A DNA stretch of 55,140 nt from assembly GCA_050744525.1 (NCBI GenBank), contig JBOGHG010000001.1, positions 1 through 55,140 of the forward strand, written 5' to 3'. The notes beneath the pieces are model-generated. The model was given only the letters and a program-made list of their open reading frames with translations, was not told where the DNA came from and made no database searches. The translations under genes were made by a program, and so were the position numbers. The stretch's first letter is position 1. Each line of letters opens with the position of its first letter. The stretch is from Acidimicrobiales bacterium (GTDB taxonomy: Bacteria > Actinomycetota > Acidimicrobiia > Acidimicrobiales > VFJN01). This document shows, piece after piece, positions 28,729 through 36,190 of the stretch.

Positions 28729-29799
28729 ATGAGAGCCATCGTCTGGACCGGCCAGCTCGAGGTGCGCGACGACGTCGAGGTGCGGGCGCCGGGCCTGCGC
28801 GAGGTCAAGGTGCGGATCCACCGTGCCGGGCTCTGCCACAGCGACGTCTCGGTCATCGACGGGACCATCCCCATGCCCCCGCCCGTCGTCCTCGGCCACG
28901 AGGGCGCCGGGGTGGTGGAGGAGGTCGGCGCCGCCGTCACCGGCGTGAAGCCGGGCGACCACGTGGTGCTGGTCACACTGGGGAACTGCGGGCAGTGCGA
29001 CGCCTGCGATCGCGGCCTGCCCACGCACTGCCGCACGCCCTTCGGCTGGTCCGACACCCGCTTCACCACGGGGGGCCGGGAGGTCCCGGGGTTCGCCAAC
29101 CTCGGCGTGTTCTCCGAGCACACCGTGGTGCACGAGCACCAGGCCGTGGCGATCGACCCTGCCGTTCCGCTCGATGCCGCCAGCCTGATCGGCTGCGCCG
29201 TCGTCACCGGCGTGGGGGCGGTGCTCAACCGCGCCAAGGTCGAGCCCGGCGAGACCGTGGCGGTCATCGGTGCGGGCGGGATCGGGCAGTCGGTCATCCA
29301 GGGCGCCCGGCTGGCGTCGGCGGGGCGGATCGTCGCCATCGACGCCAACCCGCTCAAGGAGGCCGTGGCCCGGCAGTTCGGCGCCACCGACTTCGTCGAC
29401 GCGTCGCAGTACCCCGGCGACACCGTGGCCGCCGTCAAGCAGCTCGAGCCCGCGGGCTTCGACTACGCCTTCGAGTGCGTGGGGCACCCCGCGCTCATCC
29501 GCCAGGCGATCGACATGCTCGGGACCGGGGGGACGTGCGTGCTGCTGGGCGTGCCCAAGCTCGGCACCGAGGCCAGCTTCGTGGTCGGCAACCTGTACAA
29601 CGACCGCTCGATCCTCGGGTGCCGCTACGGCCAGACCCGGCCCCACCACGACGTCCCGCTCATCACGCGCTTCTACCTGGATGGACGCTTCATGCTCGAC
29701 GAGATGGTCAGCCGGACCTACGAGCTCGGCGACATCGAGCAGGCCCTCGCCGACCTCGAGGCGGGCAAGCTCAATCGTGGCGTCCTGACGCTGACCTGA
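28729..29799 (+). CDS. Zn-dependent alcohol dehydrogenase (class III / mycothiol-dependent-like)
   Basis: Motifs GLCHSDVSVIDG, GHEGAGVVEEVG, CGQCDACDRGLPTHC and VIGAGGIGQS. ATG at 28729. Confidence 0.9.
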   Translation: MRAIVWTGQLEVRDDVEVRAPGLREVKVRIHRAGLCHSDVSVIDGTIPMPPPVVLGHEGAGVVEEVGAAVTGVKPGDHVVLVTLGNCGQCDACDRGLPTHCRTPFGWSDTRFTTGGREVPGFANLGVFSEHTVVHEHQAVAIDPAVPLDAASLIGCAVVTGVGAVLNRAKVEPGETVAVIGAGGIGQSVIQGARLASAGRIVAIDANPLKEAVARQFGATDFVDASQYPGDTVAAVKQLEPAGFDYAFECVGHPALIRQAIDMLGTGGTCVLLGVPKLGTEASFVVGNLYNDRSILGCRYGQTRPHHDVPLITRFYLDGRFMLDEMVSRTYELGDIEQALADLEAGKLNRGVLTLT

Positions 29800-29834
29800 C
29801 CGTCGACCAGACCCTCGACCAGAAGGTGGGATTC

Positions 29835-30956
29835 ATGGAGTTCGGCATCTTCATCCAGGGATTCGTCCCGAGCTACCGACGCCAGGCAGATCCGGATGCC
29901 GAGCACACCGCACTGATGCACGACATCGAGTGCGTGATCGCCGCCGACAGGGCGGGGTTCAAGTACGTGTGGGCCACCGAGCACCATTTCCTCGACGAGT
30001 ACTCCCACATGTCAGCGAACGACGTGGTGCTCGCGTACCTGGCCCGGGCGACCGAGCGCATCCACCTGGGCTCGGGCATCTTCAACCCGCTGCCCCAGGT
30101 CAACCATCCCGCCAAGGTGGCGGAGAAGGTGGCCATGCTCGATCACCTGTCGGGCGGGCGATTCGAGTTCGGTACCGGGCGCGGCGCCGGGAGCCACGAG
30201 ATCCTTGCGTTCCTGCCAGGGATGAAGGACCTGAGCAAGACCCGGGAGATCTGGGAGGACGTCATCGCCGAGTTCCCCAAGATGTGGCTCCAGGACGAGT
30301 ACGAGGGCTACCACGGCAGGTACTGGACGTTGCCGGCGCGCAAGGTACTGCCGAAACCCTGGAAGAAGCCGCACCCGGCCATGTGGTACGCCGCGGGCAA
30401 CGTGGGCAGCTACGAGATGGCGGCGCGGCGGGGTCTGGGCGTGCTCGGCTTCTCCGTGGGCTCGATCCAGGAGCTCGAACCGGTGATGAAGGCCTACAAG
30501 AAGGCCATCAGGGAGCCCGAGCCCGTCGGCGCGTTCGTCAACGACAACATCATGGTCACGACCGGGGCCTTCGTCGCCGAGGACGATCACGCGGCGGTGG
30601 AGGCGGCCACCCGGCCGCACAACAGCTACCTGGCGAGCAACGTGTACCGCTACCACGACACGTTTCCCCACCCGCCGGACATCCCGGTGTGGCCCGACCT
30701 GATGTCCGACGCCACACCCGAGGACATCCCCACCGCCCGCGAGCGCGGTGGCATCTGCGGTGACCCCGACCACGCGCTGGAGCAGTGCCGGCGCTGGGAG
30801 GAGGCGGGCTGCGATCAGCTGGTCTTCGGGACCGGCTCGGCCCGCCACGAGGACACGCTCGAGATGATCCGGCTCATGGGCGAGCACGTGATCCCCAACG
30901 TCGACACGGATCCCGTGCACCGCACGACGCGCTTCCGCGAGGCCGCGGCGCGATAG
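29835..30956 (+). CDS. LLM-class flavin-dependent oxidoreductase
   Basis: Motifs MEFGIFIQGF, WATEHHFLDEYSH and LDHLSGGRFEFGTGRG. The upstream part of track ORF 28686-30956 is a shadow of the ADH gene. Confidence 0.85.
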   Translation: MEFGIFIQGFVPSYRRQADPDAEHTALMHDIECVIAADRAGFKYVWATEHHFLDEYSHMSANDVVLAYLARATERIHLGSGIFNPLPQVNHPAKVAEKVAMLDHLSGGRFEFGTGRGAGSHEILAFLPGMKDLSKTREIWEDVIAEFPKMWLQDEYEGYHGRYWTLPARKVLPKPWKKPHPAMWYAAGNVGSYEMAARRGLGVLGFSVGSIQELEPVMKAYKKAIREPEPVGAFVNDNIMVTTGAFVAEDDHAAVEAATRPHNSYLASNVYRYHDTFPHPPDIPVWPDLMSDATPEDIPTARERGGICGDPDHALEQCRRWEEAGCDQLVFGTGSARHEDTLEMIRLMGEHVIPNVDTDPVHRTTRFREAAAR

Positions 30957-30977
30957 CGCCGCTGGGACGGTCCTGAG

Positions 30978-31043
30978 GGGTGGCATGCTCGACGGCCAGG
31001 CGGCCGTGACGGGTGGCGTGCTCGACGGCCAGGTGGCCGTGAT
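30978..31043 (+). repeat. 33-bp tandem duplication covering the SDR gene's ribosome-binding site, start codon and first 11 codons
   Basis: gggtggcAtgctcgacggccaggCggccgtgaCg (30978-31010) against gggtggcGtgctcgacggccaggTggccgtgaTc (31011-31043). That is 29/33 identical and encodes MLDGQAAVTGG / VLDGQVAVITG. Confidence 0.85.
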
Positions 31044-31860
31044 CACCGGCGCCGGCCGGGGGCTGGGCCGCGCCTACGCCCTGGCCTACGCGCGAGAGGG
31101 GGCGCGGGTGGTCGTCAACGACCTCGACGCCGGGTCGGCGGAGTCGGTCGTCGACGAGATCGGCGCCCTCGGCGGCGAGGCGGTCGCGAGCCACGACACG
31201 GTCGCCGACCCGTCGGGCGCCGAGCGGGTCGTTGCCACAGCGGTGGAGCGTTTCGGGCGCATGGACGTGATGATCACCAATGCCGGCGCCGACCGGCGGG
31301 GGCCGGTGCTGGACCTGGGGCCCGACGACTGGGAGCTCACGCTTCGGTCCCACCTGTTCGGGTCGATCCACTGCTCCGTGGAAGCCGGCCGGGCCATGCG
31401 CGGTCAGGGTGGCGGCGGCGTGATCGTCAACGTCTGCTCGGCGGCGTTCTATGTCGGCACCCCGACGCTGGCCCCGTACGGGGTGGCGAAGGGCGGGATC
31501 TACGGCCTGATGCGGTCGCTTGCGGGGGAGCTGGCGCCGTTCGGCATCAGCGTGAACGGGGTGGCGCCACCTCTGACCGCCACCGCCCCGGCGCTGGCGT
31601 TCGTGGACAGCCTGGCGGACCGGGGGCTGTCCGCCGAGCAGGTCGAGGCCATGCGGTCATCCATGCCGCAGCCGGAGGACGTCGCCGCCATCACCGTGTT
31701 CCTGGCGACACCCGAGGGTCGGCGGCTGTCCGGGCGGCTCCTCACGATGACGAAGGACGAGCTGACGATGATCGGTCCGCCGGACGGCGGCCGGCCCGTG
31801 CGTGCCCCGGGCGAGCGGTGGACGCTGGAGTCCCTGGGAGAGGCGGTGCGACAGCTGTAG
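30985..31860 (+). CDS. SDR-family oxidoreductase
   Basis: Motifs VITGAGRGLGRAYA, NAG and YGVAKGG. An alternative start is the GTG at 31018, in the second copy of the duplication. Confidence 0.85.
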   Translation: MLDGQAAVTGGVLDGQVAVITGAGRGLGRAYALAYAREGARVVVNDLDAGSAESVVDEIGALGGEAVASHDTVADPSGAERVVATAVERFGRMDVMITNAGADRRGPVLDLGPDDWELTLRSHLFGSIHCSVEAGRAMRGQGGGGVIVNVCSAAFYVGTPTLAPYGVAKGGIYGLMRSLAGELAPFGISVNGVAPPLTATAPALAFVDSLADRGLSAEQVEAMRSSMPQPEDVAAITVFLATPEGRRLSGRLLTMTKDELTMIGPPDGGRPVRAPGERWTLESLGEAVRQL

Positions 31861-31861
31861 T
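31854..31861 (+). repeat. Left 8-bp target-site duplication (GCTGTAGT)
   Basis: It directly abuts IRL-A and is identical to 34290-34297, which abuts IRR. It contains the SDR stop codon TAG. Confidence 0.7.
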
Positions 31862-31882
31862 GGCGCTTCGGATCTGAGCGGG
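31862..31882 (+). repeat. ISL3-type left terminal inverted repeat, copy A
   Basis: ggcgcttcggatctgagcggg. About 27 nt downstream comes gcggcacaggcgccctg, which is shared with copy B. Confidence 0.7.
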
Positions 31883-32061
31883 GTGGAGCGGCGTCCGGGT
31901 ATCCCGGTCGCGGCACAGGCGCCCTGGCCGACCAACGTTTCGCATCGACTCGCCAACTGTGACGAGAAGGGTGCCCTGAGCAGGCACGGCCTCCAGTCCT
32001 TTCGAGAATTGCGATCCCCCAGAAGCTGCAGAAGCCTTGGGGTCCAGAAGGGAGGCCAGCG

Positions 32062-33723
32062 ATGGAGCCCTATTTCGATCTCGGCACCTACAGGCGCGGG
32101 ACTTCGACTGCCTCGACGAGCGCCCAGACGTGGTTCGACCGCGGACTGGTGTGGTGCTACGCGTTCCACCATGAAGAGGCGATCCGGTGCTTCGAGCGCG
32201 CTGTCGAGCACGACCCCGGCTTCGCCCTGGCCCACTGGGGTATCGCCTACGCGATCGGGCCGAACTACAACAAGCAGTGGGAGGCGTTCGATCCGGTCGA
32301 CCTTGCGGCATCGCTCGAGAAGGCGTGCAACGAGGTCGCAGCGGCGCGCGCGTGTGCGGATCGCGCGTCGCCGGTCGAGCGGGCGCTCGTCGAGACGCTC
32401 GGGCATCGCTATCAGGCCAACGACCCGTCGGCCGACCTCGTCTCATGGAACGTTGACTACGCCGAGGCGATGCGTGACGTGTATCGCGCGTACCCCAACG
32501 ACCTCGATGTCGCAGCACTCTTCGCCGACGCGCTGATGAACCTCACGCCGTGGACGCTGTGGGATCGTTACACGGGCCTGCCGTCCGACGGTGCGAGGAC
32601 GCTCGAGGCCAAGGAGGTGATCGAGCGCGCCCTCGAGTGGCCAGGCGGCCGCACGCACCCCGCACTCGTGCACCTGTACGTGCATCTGATGGAGATGTCG
32701 CCGTTCCCCGAGCAGGCGCTGTCGGTTGCCGGCCAGCTGCGCTCGCTCGTCCCCGACGCCGGCCACCTCGTGCACATGCCGACCCACATCGACGTGCTGT
32801 GCGGCGACTACAAGAGCACGCTCGAGTGGAACCTGCGCGCCATCGAGGTCAACGAGAAGTACGTCGCTCGCGAGGGCCGGGTCGGGTTCTACGCGCTCTA
32901 CCATGCACACGATCGCCACTTCGCGATCTATGGGGCGATGTTCCTCGGTCGGTCGCAGGTGGCGCTGCGCGTCGCCGCCGACCTCGAGGCCTCGCTCCCC
33001 GAGGAGCTGCTGAGGATCGAGCAGCCGCCGATGGCGGACTACCTCGAGGCGTTCATTCCCATGCGCCTGCACGTGCTCATCCGCTTCGGGTTCTGGGAGG
33101 AGATCCTCGCGCTGCCGCTCCCCACTGATCCCACGCTCTACTGCACCACGACGGCGATGACGCAGTACGCGCAGGGCGTCGCGTATGCGGCGACCGGGAG
33201 GATGGAGGAAGCCCAGGCGGCGCGCGACGGGTTCGTCGCCGCCGTCGGGCGCGTACCCGAGTCGCGCTACCTGTTCAACAACACGTCCCAAGACATCCTC
33301 GCTGTCGCCGGCGCCATGCTCGACGGCGAGCTGGAGTACCGGCGCGGCCAGTTCGACGTCGCGTTCGAGCACCTGCGCCGGGCCATTGCGCTCGACGACG
33401 CGCTGCCATACGACGAGCCGTGGGGCTGGATGCAGCCCACGCGCCACGCCTACGGGGCGCTGCTGCTCGAGCAGGGTCGGGTTGAGGAAGCCGAGGCCAT
33501 CTACGCCGAGGACCTCGGCTACGACCCATCGATCCCGCGCTCCTCCTGGCACCCCGGGAACGTGTGGAGCCTGCACGGCTACCACGAGTGCCTCGTTCGG
33601 CGGGGAAAGGACGAGCCGGCGCGGATCATCAAGCAGCAGCTCGATGTCGCCCTTGCCCGCGCCGACGTCCCGATCGTGTCGTCGTGTTTCTGTCGCAGGA
33701 CGCATCACGAGGCCGTCGCGTAG
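32062..33723 (+). CDS. Tetratricopeptide-repeat protein of unknown function
   Basis: 553 aa. ATG follows GGGAGG. TPR-like helices (EEAIRCFERAVEHDPGFALAHWGIAYA...). By eye it uses more A/T-ending codons than its neighbours; this was not computed. Confidence 0.75.
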   Translation: MEPYFDLGTYRRGTSTASTSAQTWFDRGLVWCYAFHHEEAIRCFERAVEHDPGFALAHWGIAYAIGPNYNKQWEAFDPVDLAASLEKACNEVAAARACADRASPVERALVETLGHRYQANDPSADLVSWNVDYAEAMRDVYRAYPNDLDVAALFADALMNLTPWTLWDRYTGLPSDGARTLEAKEVIERALEWPGGRTHPALVHLYVHLMEMSPFPEQALSVAGQLRSLVPDAGHLVHMPTHIDVLCGDYKSTLEWNLRAIEVNEKYVAREGRVGFYALYHAHDRHFAIYGAMFLGRSQVALRVAADLEASLPEELLRIEQPPMADYLEAFIPMRLHVLIRFGFWEEILALPLPTDPTLYCTTTAMTQYAQGVAYAATGRMEEAQAARDGFVAAVGRVPESRYLFNNTSQDILAVAGAMLDGELEYRRGQFDVAFEHLRRAIALDDALPYDEPWGWMQPTRHAYGALLLEQGRVEEAEAIYAEDLGYDPSIPRSSWHPGNVWSLHGYHECLVRRGKDEPARIIKQQLDVALARADVPIVSSCFCRRTHHEAVA

Positions 33724-33726
33724 TCA

Positions 33727-33747
33727 GGCGCTTCGGATCTGAGCGGG
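33727..33747 (+). repeat. ISL3-type left terminal inverted repeat, copy B (internal)
   Basis: 21/21 identical to 31862-31882. It is preceded by gcgtagtca (compare gctgtagt before copy A) and followed after about 27 nt by gcggcacagggccctg. Confidence 0.7.
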
Positions 33748-33795
33748 TCTAGCTGGGTAGGGAGCATCCTTGGCGCGGCACAGGGCCCTGCGAAC

Positions 33796-34276
33796 TTGAC
33801 GGCTGTTGAAGGTCATCGAGTTCGGGAAAGTCCCCTCTACTGGGCCCGGCGCCTGCTGACCAAGCGCACGAGCGCCTCGACAACCGAGGCGAGGAGAAGC
33901 TCCTCGGCCTGCTCGGCGCCGGCGATCCCCGGGGCGAGGTGCGCATGGCCTGGCACGCCAAGGAGGTGCTCCGCTCCTCTACGAGCTCGATGTCGCCGCC
34001 GAGTTTGTCGACCAGCTGGTTCAGGACCTGCAGGACGAGAGCTGCCCGGTCGAGGTGCGCTCCCTCGGCCGCACCCTGCTCCGCTGGCGGAACCAGATCG
34101 TCGCCTGGCACCGCGCCCGGGTGAGCAAAGGGCCCACCGAGGCGATGAACAACCTCATCAAGCGGATCAAGCGCGTCGGCTTCGGCTTCCGCCGCTTCGC
34201 CCACTACCGGATCAGGGTCCTGCTCTACGCCGGGAGGCCGGACTGGTCCCTGCTGGCCACGGTCACACCCCGCTGA
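33796..34276 (+). pseudogene. ISL3-family transposase, 3' fragment with two frameshifts
   Basis: The sequence reads across three frames: ...SPLYWARRLLTK / AHERLDNRGEEKLLGLLGAGDPRGEVRMAWHAKEVLRS / LYELDVAAEFVDQLVQDLQDESCPVEVRSLGRTLLRWRNQIVAWHRARVSKGPTEAMNNLIKRIKRVGFGFRRFAHYRIRVLLYAGRPDWSLLATVTPR. The shifts lie near 33863 and 33976. About two thirds of the gene is missing at the 5' end. Confidence 0.8.
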
Positions 34277-34289
34277 AATCCAAAGGGCC
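34269..34289 (+). repeat. ISL3-type right terminal inverted repeat
   Basis: cccgctgaaatccaaagggcc. Its reverse complement ggccctttggatttcagcggg matches the left repeat at 17/21 positions. The transposase stop codon lies inside it. Confidence 0.7.
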
Positions 34290-34297
34290 GCTGTAGT
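34290..34297 (+). repeat. Right 8-bp target-site duplication (GCTGTAGT)
   Basis: Immediately follows IRR and is identical to 31854-31861. Confidence 0.7.
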
Positions 34298-34394
34298 CGC
34301 CCTTGGGCGCGCCCGTTCATTTGAGTTGTTGCCCGGAGCAGTGTTTCCTCGAACTGGCTTGCTTTGATATGCGAACACTAGTACGCTGTTGGTC

Positions 34395-35595
34395 ATGTCT
34401 GGGCAGGTCAGTGCCATTCTGGGACCGCTCACTGAAGCCGTCGACGACCTCAACCTTCCTATCGACAATGCTATTCTTTCGGAAGCGTTCGCGTTGGCAG
34501 ATCGACTCAATGCCAAACTGGTTGCCGCGGTCGCTGACTACGACGTCGCCGAGATGTGGCGCAACGACGGTGCCACCTCGATGACCGCCTGGCTGCGCCA
34601 CCACGCCCGCCGCTCGGCCCGCGACGCCGCGCGGTGCACCAGGACCGCCCGCCGTCTCCGTGAGCTGCCGGTCACGGGGGCCGCCTACCGCGACGGCGTG
34701 CTGTCGGGTGGCCACGTGCACGCGATCGTCGCCAACCTCAAGGACCGCACCGTCGGGCTGTTCGCCGAGCACGAGTCCGAACTGGTTGCTGACCTGGCCA
34801 AGCTGTCGGTCGGCGAGACCGCCACCGCCATGCAATCGTGGGCCCGGCACGCCGAAGCGGTGTTGGGTGACAAGGACAAGCCGCAGCCGGAGCGGACACT
34901 GCACCTGTCGCGGATCCTCGACGGGCGCCGCGAGCTGTCGGGCAGCTTCGACCCCGAAGGCGGCGCCGTGATCGCCACCGCGCTGCGCCTGGCGCAGACC
35001 GACGACGTCGACGGCGAACCCGCCCGCAGCCCCACCCAACGGCGGGCCGACGCCCTGGTCGATGTGTGCCGCCGGTTCCTCGACCACCAACAGGGCCGCC
35101 GCGGTGGCCGCCACCGGCCCCATCTCAACGTCATCACCACCCTCGACGACCTCGAACACCGGGGCCAGGGCCGCCTGCCCGACGGCACGATCCTCGACGG
35201 CACCAGCGTCCAGCGCCTGTTCTGCGACGCCGGCGTGCACCGGGTGTTTGTGGCCGGACGCTCCAGCATCTTGGACTACGGCACCGTGCGCCCGCACCGT
35301 CCCCGCCAACCTCTACAACGCCCTGGTCATCGCCGACCAGCACTGCCGGTTCCCCGGCTGCGACCGTCCGCCCGAATGGTGTGAGTCGCATCACGTCCGC
35401 TCGGTGATCGACGGCGGGCCCACATCGCTCGACAACTTGACCTTGGAATGCACCCGCCACCACCACTTGCTCCACACCCCCGGCTGGGACGCAAAACTCC
35501 TCCCCGACCGCACCCTCATCGTCACCACCCCCGACGGCCGCACCCTCCAAAGCCAGCCCCCCGGTCAGCCGCCACCACGACCACCCCGCGAATGA
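34395..35595 (+). pseudogene. DUF222 + HNH endonuclease (13E12-repeat family), frameshifted
   Basis: The N-terminal DUF222-like part is in the frame of 34389-35384. The HNH part (TVPANLYNALVIADQHCRFPGCDRPPEWCESHHVRSVIDGGPTSLDNLTLECTRHHHLLH) is in the frame of 35062-35595. The frame switch is at about 35290-35300. Confidence 0.8.
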
Positions 35596-35682
35596 CCCGG
35601 CGTCGCGGAGCAATGACGCGGGGGTTGGCTGCGACCCGTGACTGCCGTGGTGGCCGCGCCGGTTCTTGGCTAACTAACCGCT

Positions 35683-35706
35683 GCGACGCGGACATGTCCA
35701 CGTCGC
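35683..35706. repeat. 24-nt near-perfect palindrome
   Basis: GCGACGCGG-ACATGT-CCACGTCGC has 8/9 complementary 9-bp arms around a palindromic 6-bp centre. It is preceded by the AT-rich string ttcttggctaactaacc. Confidence 0.8.
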
Positions 35707-35829
35707 AGACCACCAGCGCAGCGCACCAAAGCGAGCAGCAACTCGAGATAACGGCACCTCGGGGGCATGTACCGGCCCGGTGTGCCTGCACGTTCGGTGA
35801 CACCCCGGCACCCCTCGGTGTGCAACCCG

Positions 35830-35847
35830 AGCCGTCGATCCGTCGCG
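35830..35847 (+). repeat. 18-bp direct repeat, left copy (candidate att core)
   Basis: agccgtcgatccgtcgcg is identical to 40801-40818. Weaker similarity extends leftwards (gttcggt..cccc..g[tc]gca). Confidence 0.6.
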
Positions 35848-36074
35848 CTCGCGGCAAGCAGCAGCGCTGGGAGCGTGGGCTGCCCAGGCGCGCCGCTCAG
35901 CCGGCGGTCGGCGCGTGGCAGTCGAGACGCCGCGCGTTCTGGGACGCCGATGGCGACGCGGCCCTCCGCCCGGATCGATGCGGAATCGGTCGCGGGCGTG
36001 ACCGATCAAGAGGTGGGCGCGGGGATGCGTGTCGCAGACTCGATTCCGCGACCCTCCAGCCGTCCTCGCGCCCC

Positions 36075-36105
36075 GCGGGGGGTTCGAGTCTGCTCAGCTC
36101 CACCA
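36075..36105 (+). ncRNA. tmRNA (ssrA) 3'-terminal fragment-like sequence, probably an att scar or decayed copy
   Basis: gcggggggttcgagtctgctCAGCTCCACCA. The last 11 nt equal the conserved tmRNA acceptor 3' strand + discriminator + CCA. The T-loop-like GGTTCGAGTC has a poorly pairing stem (ggggg/ctgct). Confidence 0.45.
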
Positions 36106-36190
36106 AGGGCTGTTCTTCTTGCAGGCTCGTTGTCGGGGCAATAGTGGCAGCCGGGTGAGGGCGCTAGCCTGAGCTTCCGAGGGGGAGCGG

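Larger units (their letters stand above)
31862..34289 (+). mobile_element. ISL3-derived non-autonomous element carrying a TPR passenger gene and a degraded transposase
   Basis: Terminal inverted repeats lie at 31862-31882 and 34269-34289 (17/21 complementary). They are flanked by a perfect 8-bp direct repeat, GCTGTAGT. There is an internal second copy of the left end and an ISL3 transposase 3' remnant. Confidence 0.65.

Noticed and set aside
26839-29649. Very long ORFs on the opposite strand or in the wrong frame of recognised genes. Examples: 26839-29649(-), 3323-4792(-), 12599-13951(-), 16207-17742(+), 47085-49028(-), 50537-53368(-), 20852-22267(-), 43167-44384(+).
   Set aside because: These are typical high-GC shadow ORFs. 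Their translations are Arg/Gly/Pro/Ala-rich with no motifs, and each fully overlaps a gene with clear family signatures.
28686-30956. 756-aa ORF apparently fusing the ADH region with the LLM oxidoreductase. Similar 5' extensions occur in ORFs 44390-46678, 6644-8452, 9228-10241 and 48911-50314.
   Set aside because: Only the 3' portions show family motifs and sit behind ribosome-binding sites. The 5' extensions are out-of-frame read-through over neighbouring genes.
35621-36105. Calling this span a functional full-length tmRNA (ssrA) gene.
   Set aside because: The T-arm stem pairs poorly. The span is about 485 nt, long for a tmRNA. The tag-like reading frame has no stop and I cannot verify pseudoknots by eye. 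It is kept as a finding and annotated only as a 3'-fragment-like sequence.
34395-36190. HNH gene plus adjacent long non-coding region as a HEARO/IscB-omegaRNA (OMEGA) system.
   Set aside because: The protein is the DUF222 + C-terminal HNH (13E12) type. It has no RuvC or PLMP segments, and the non-coding region lies downstream, not upstream.
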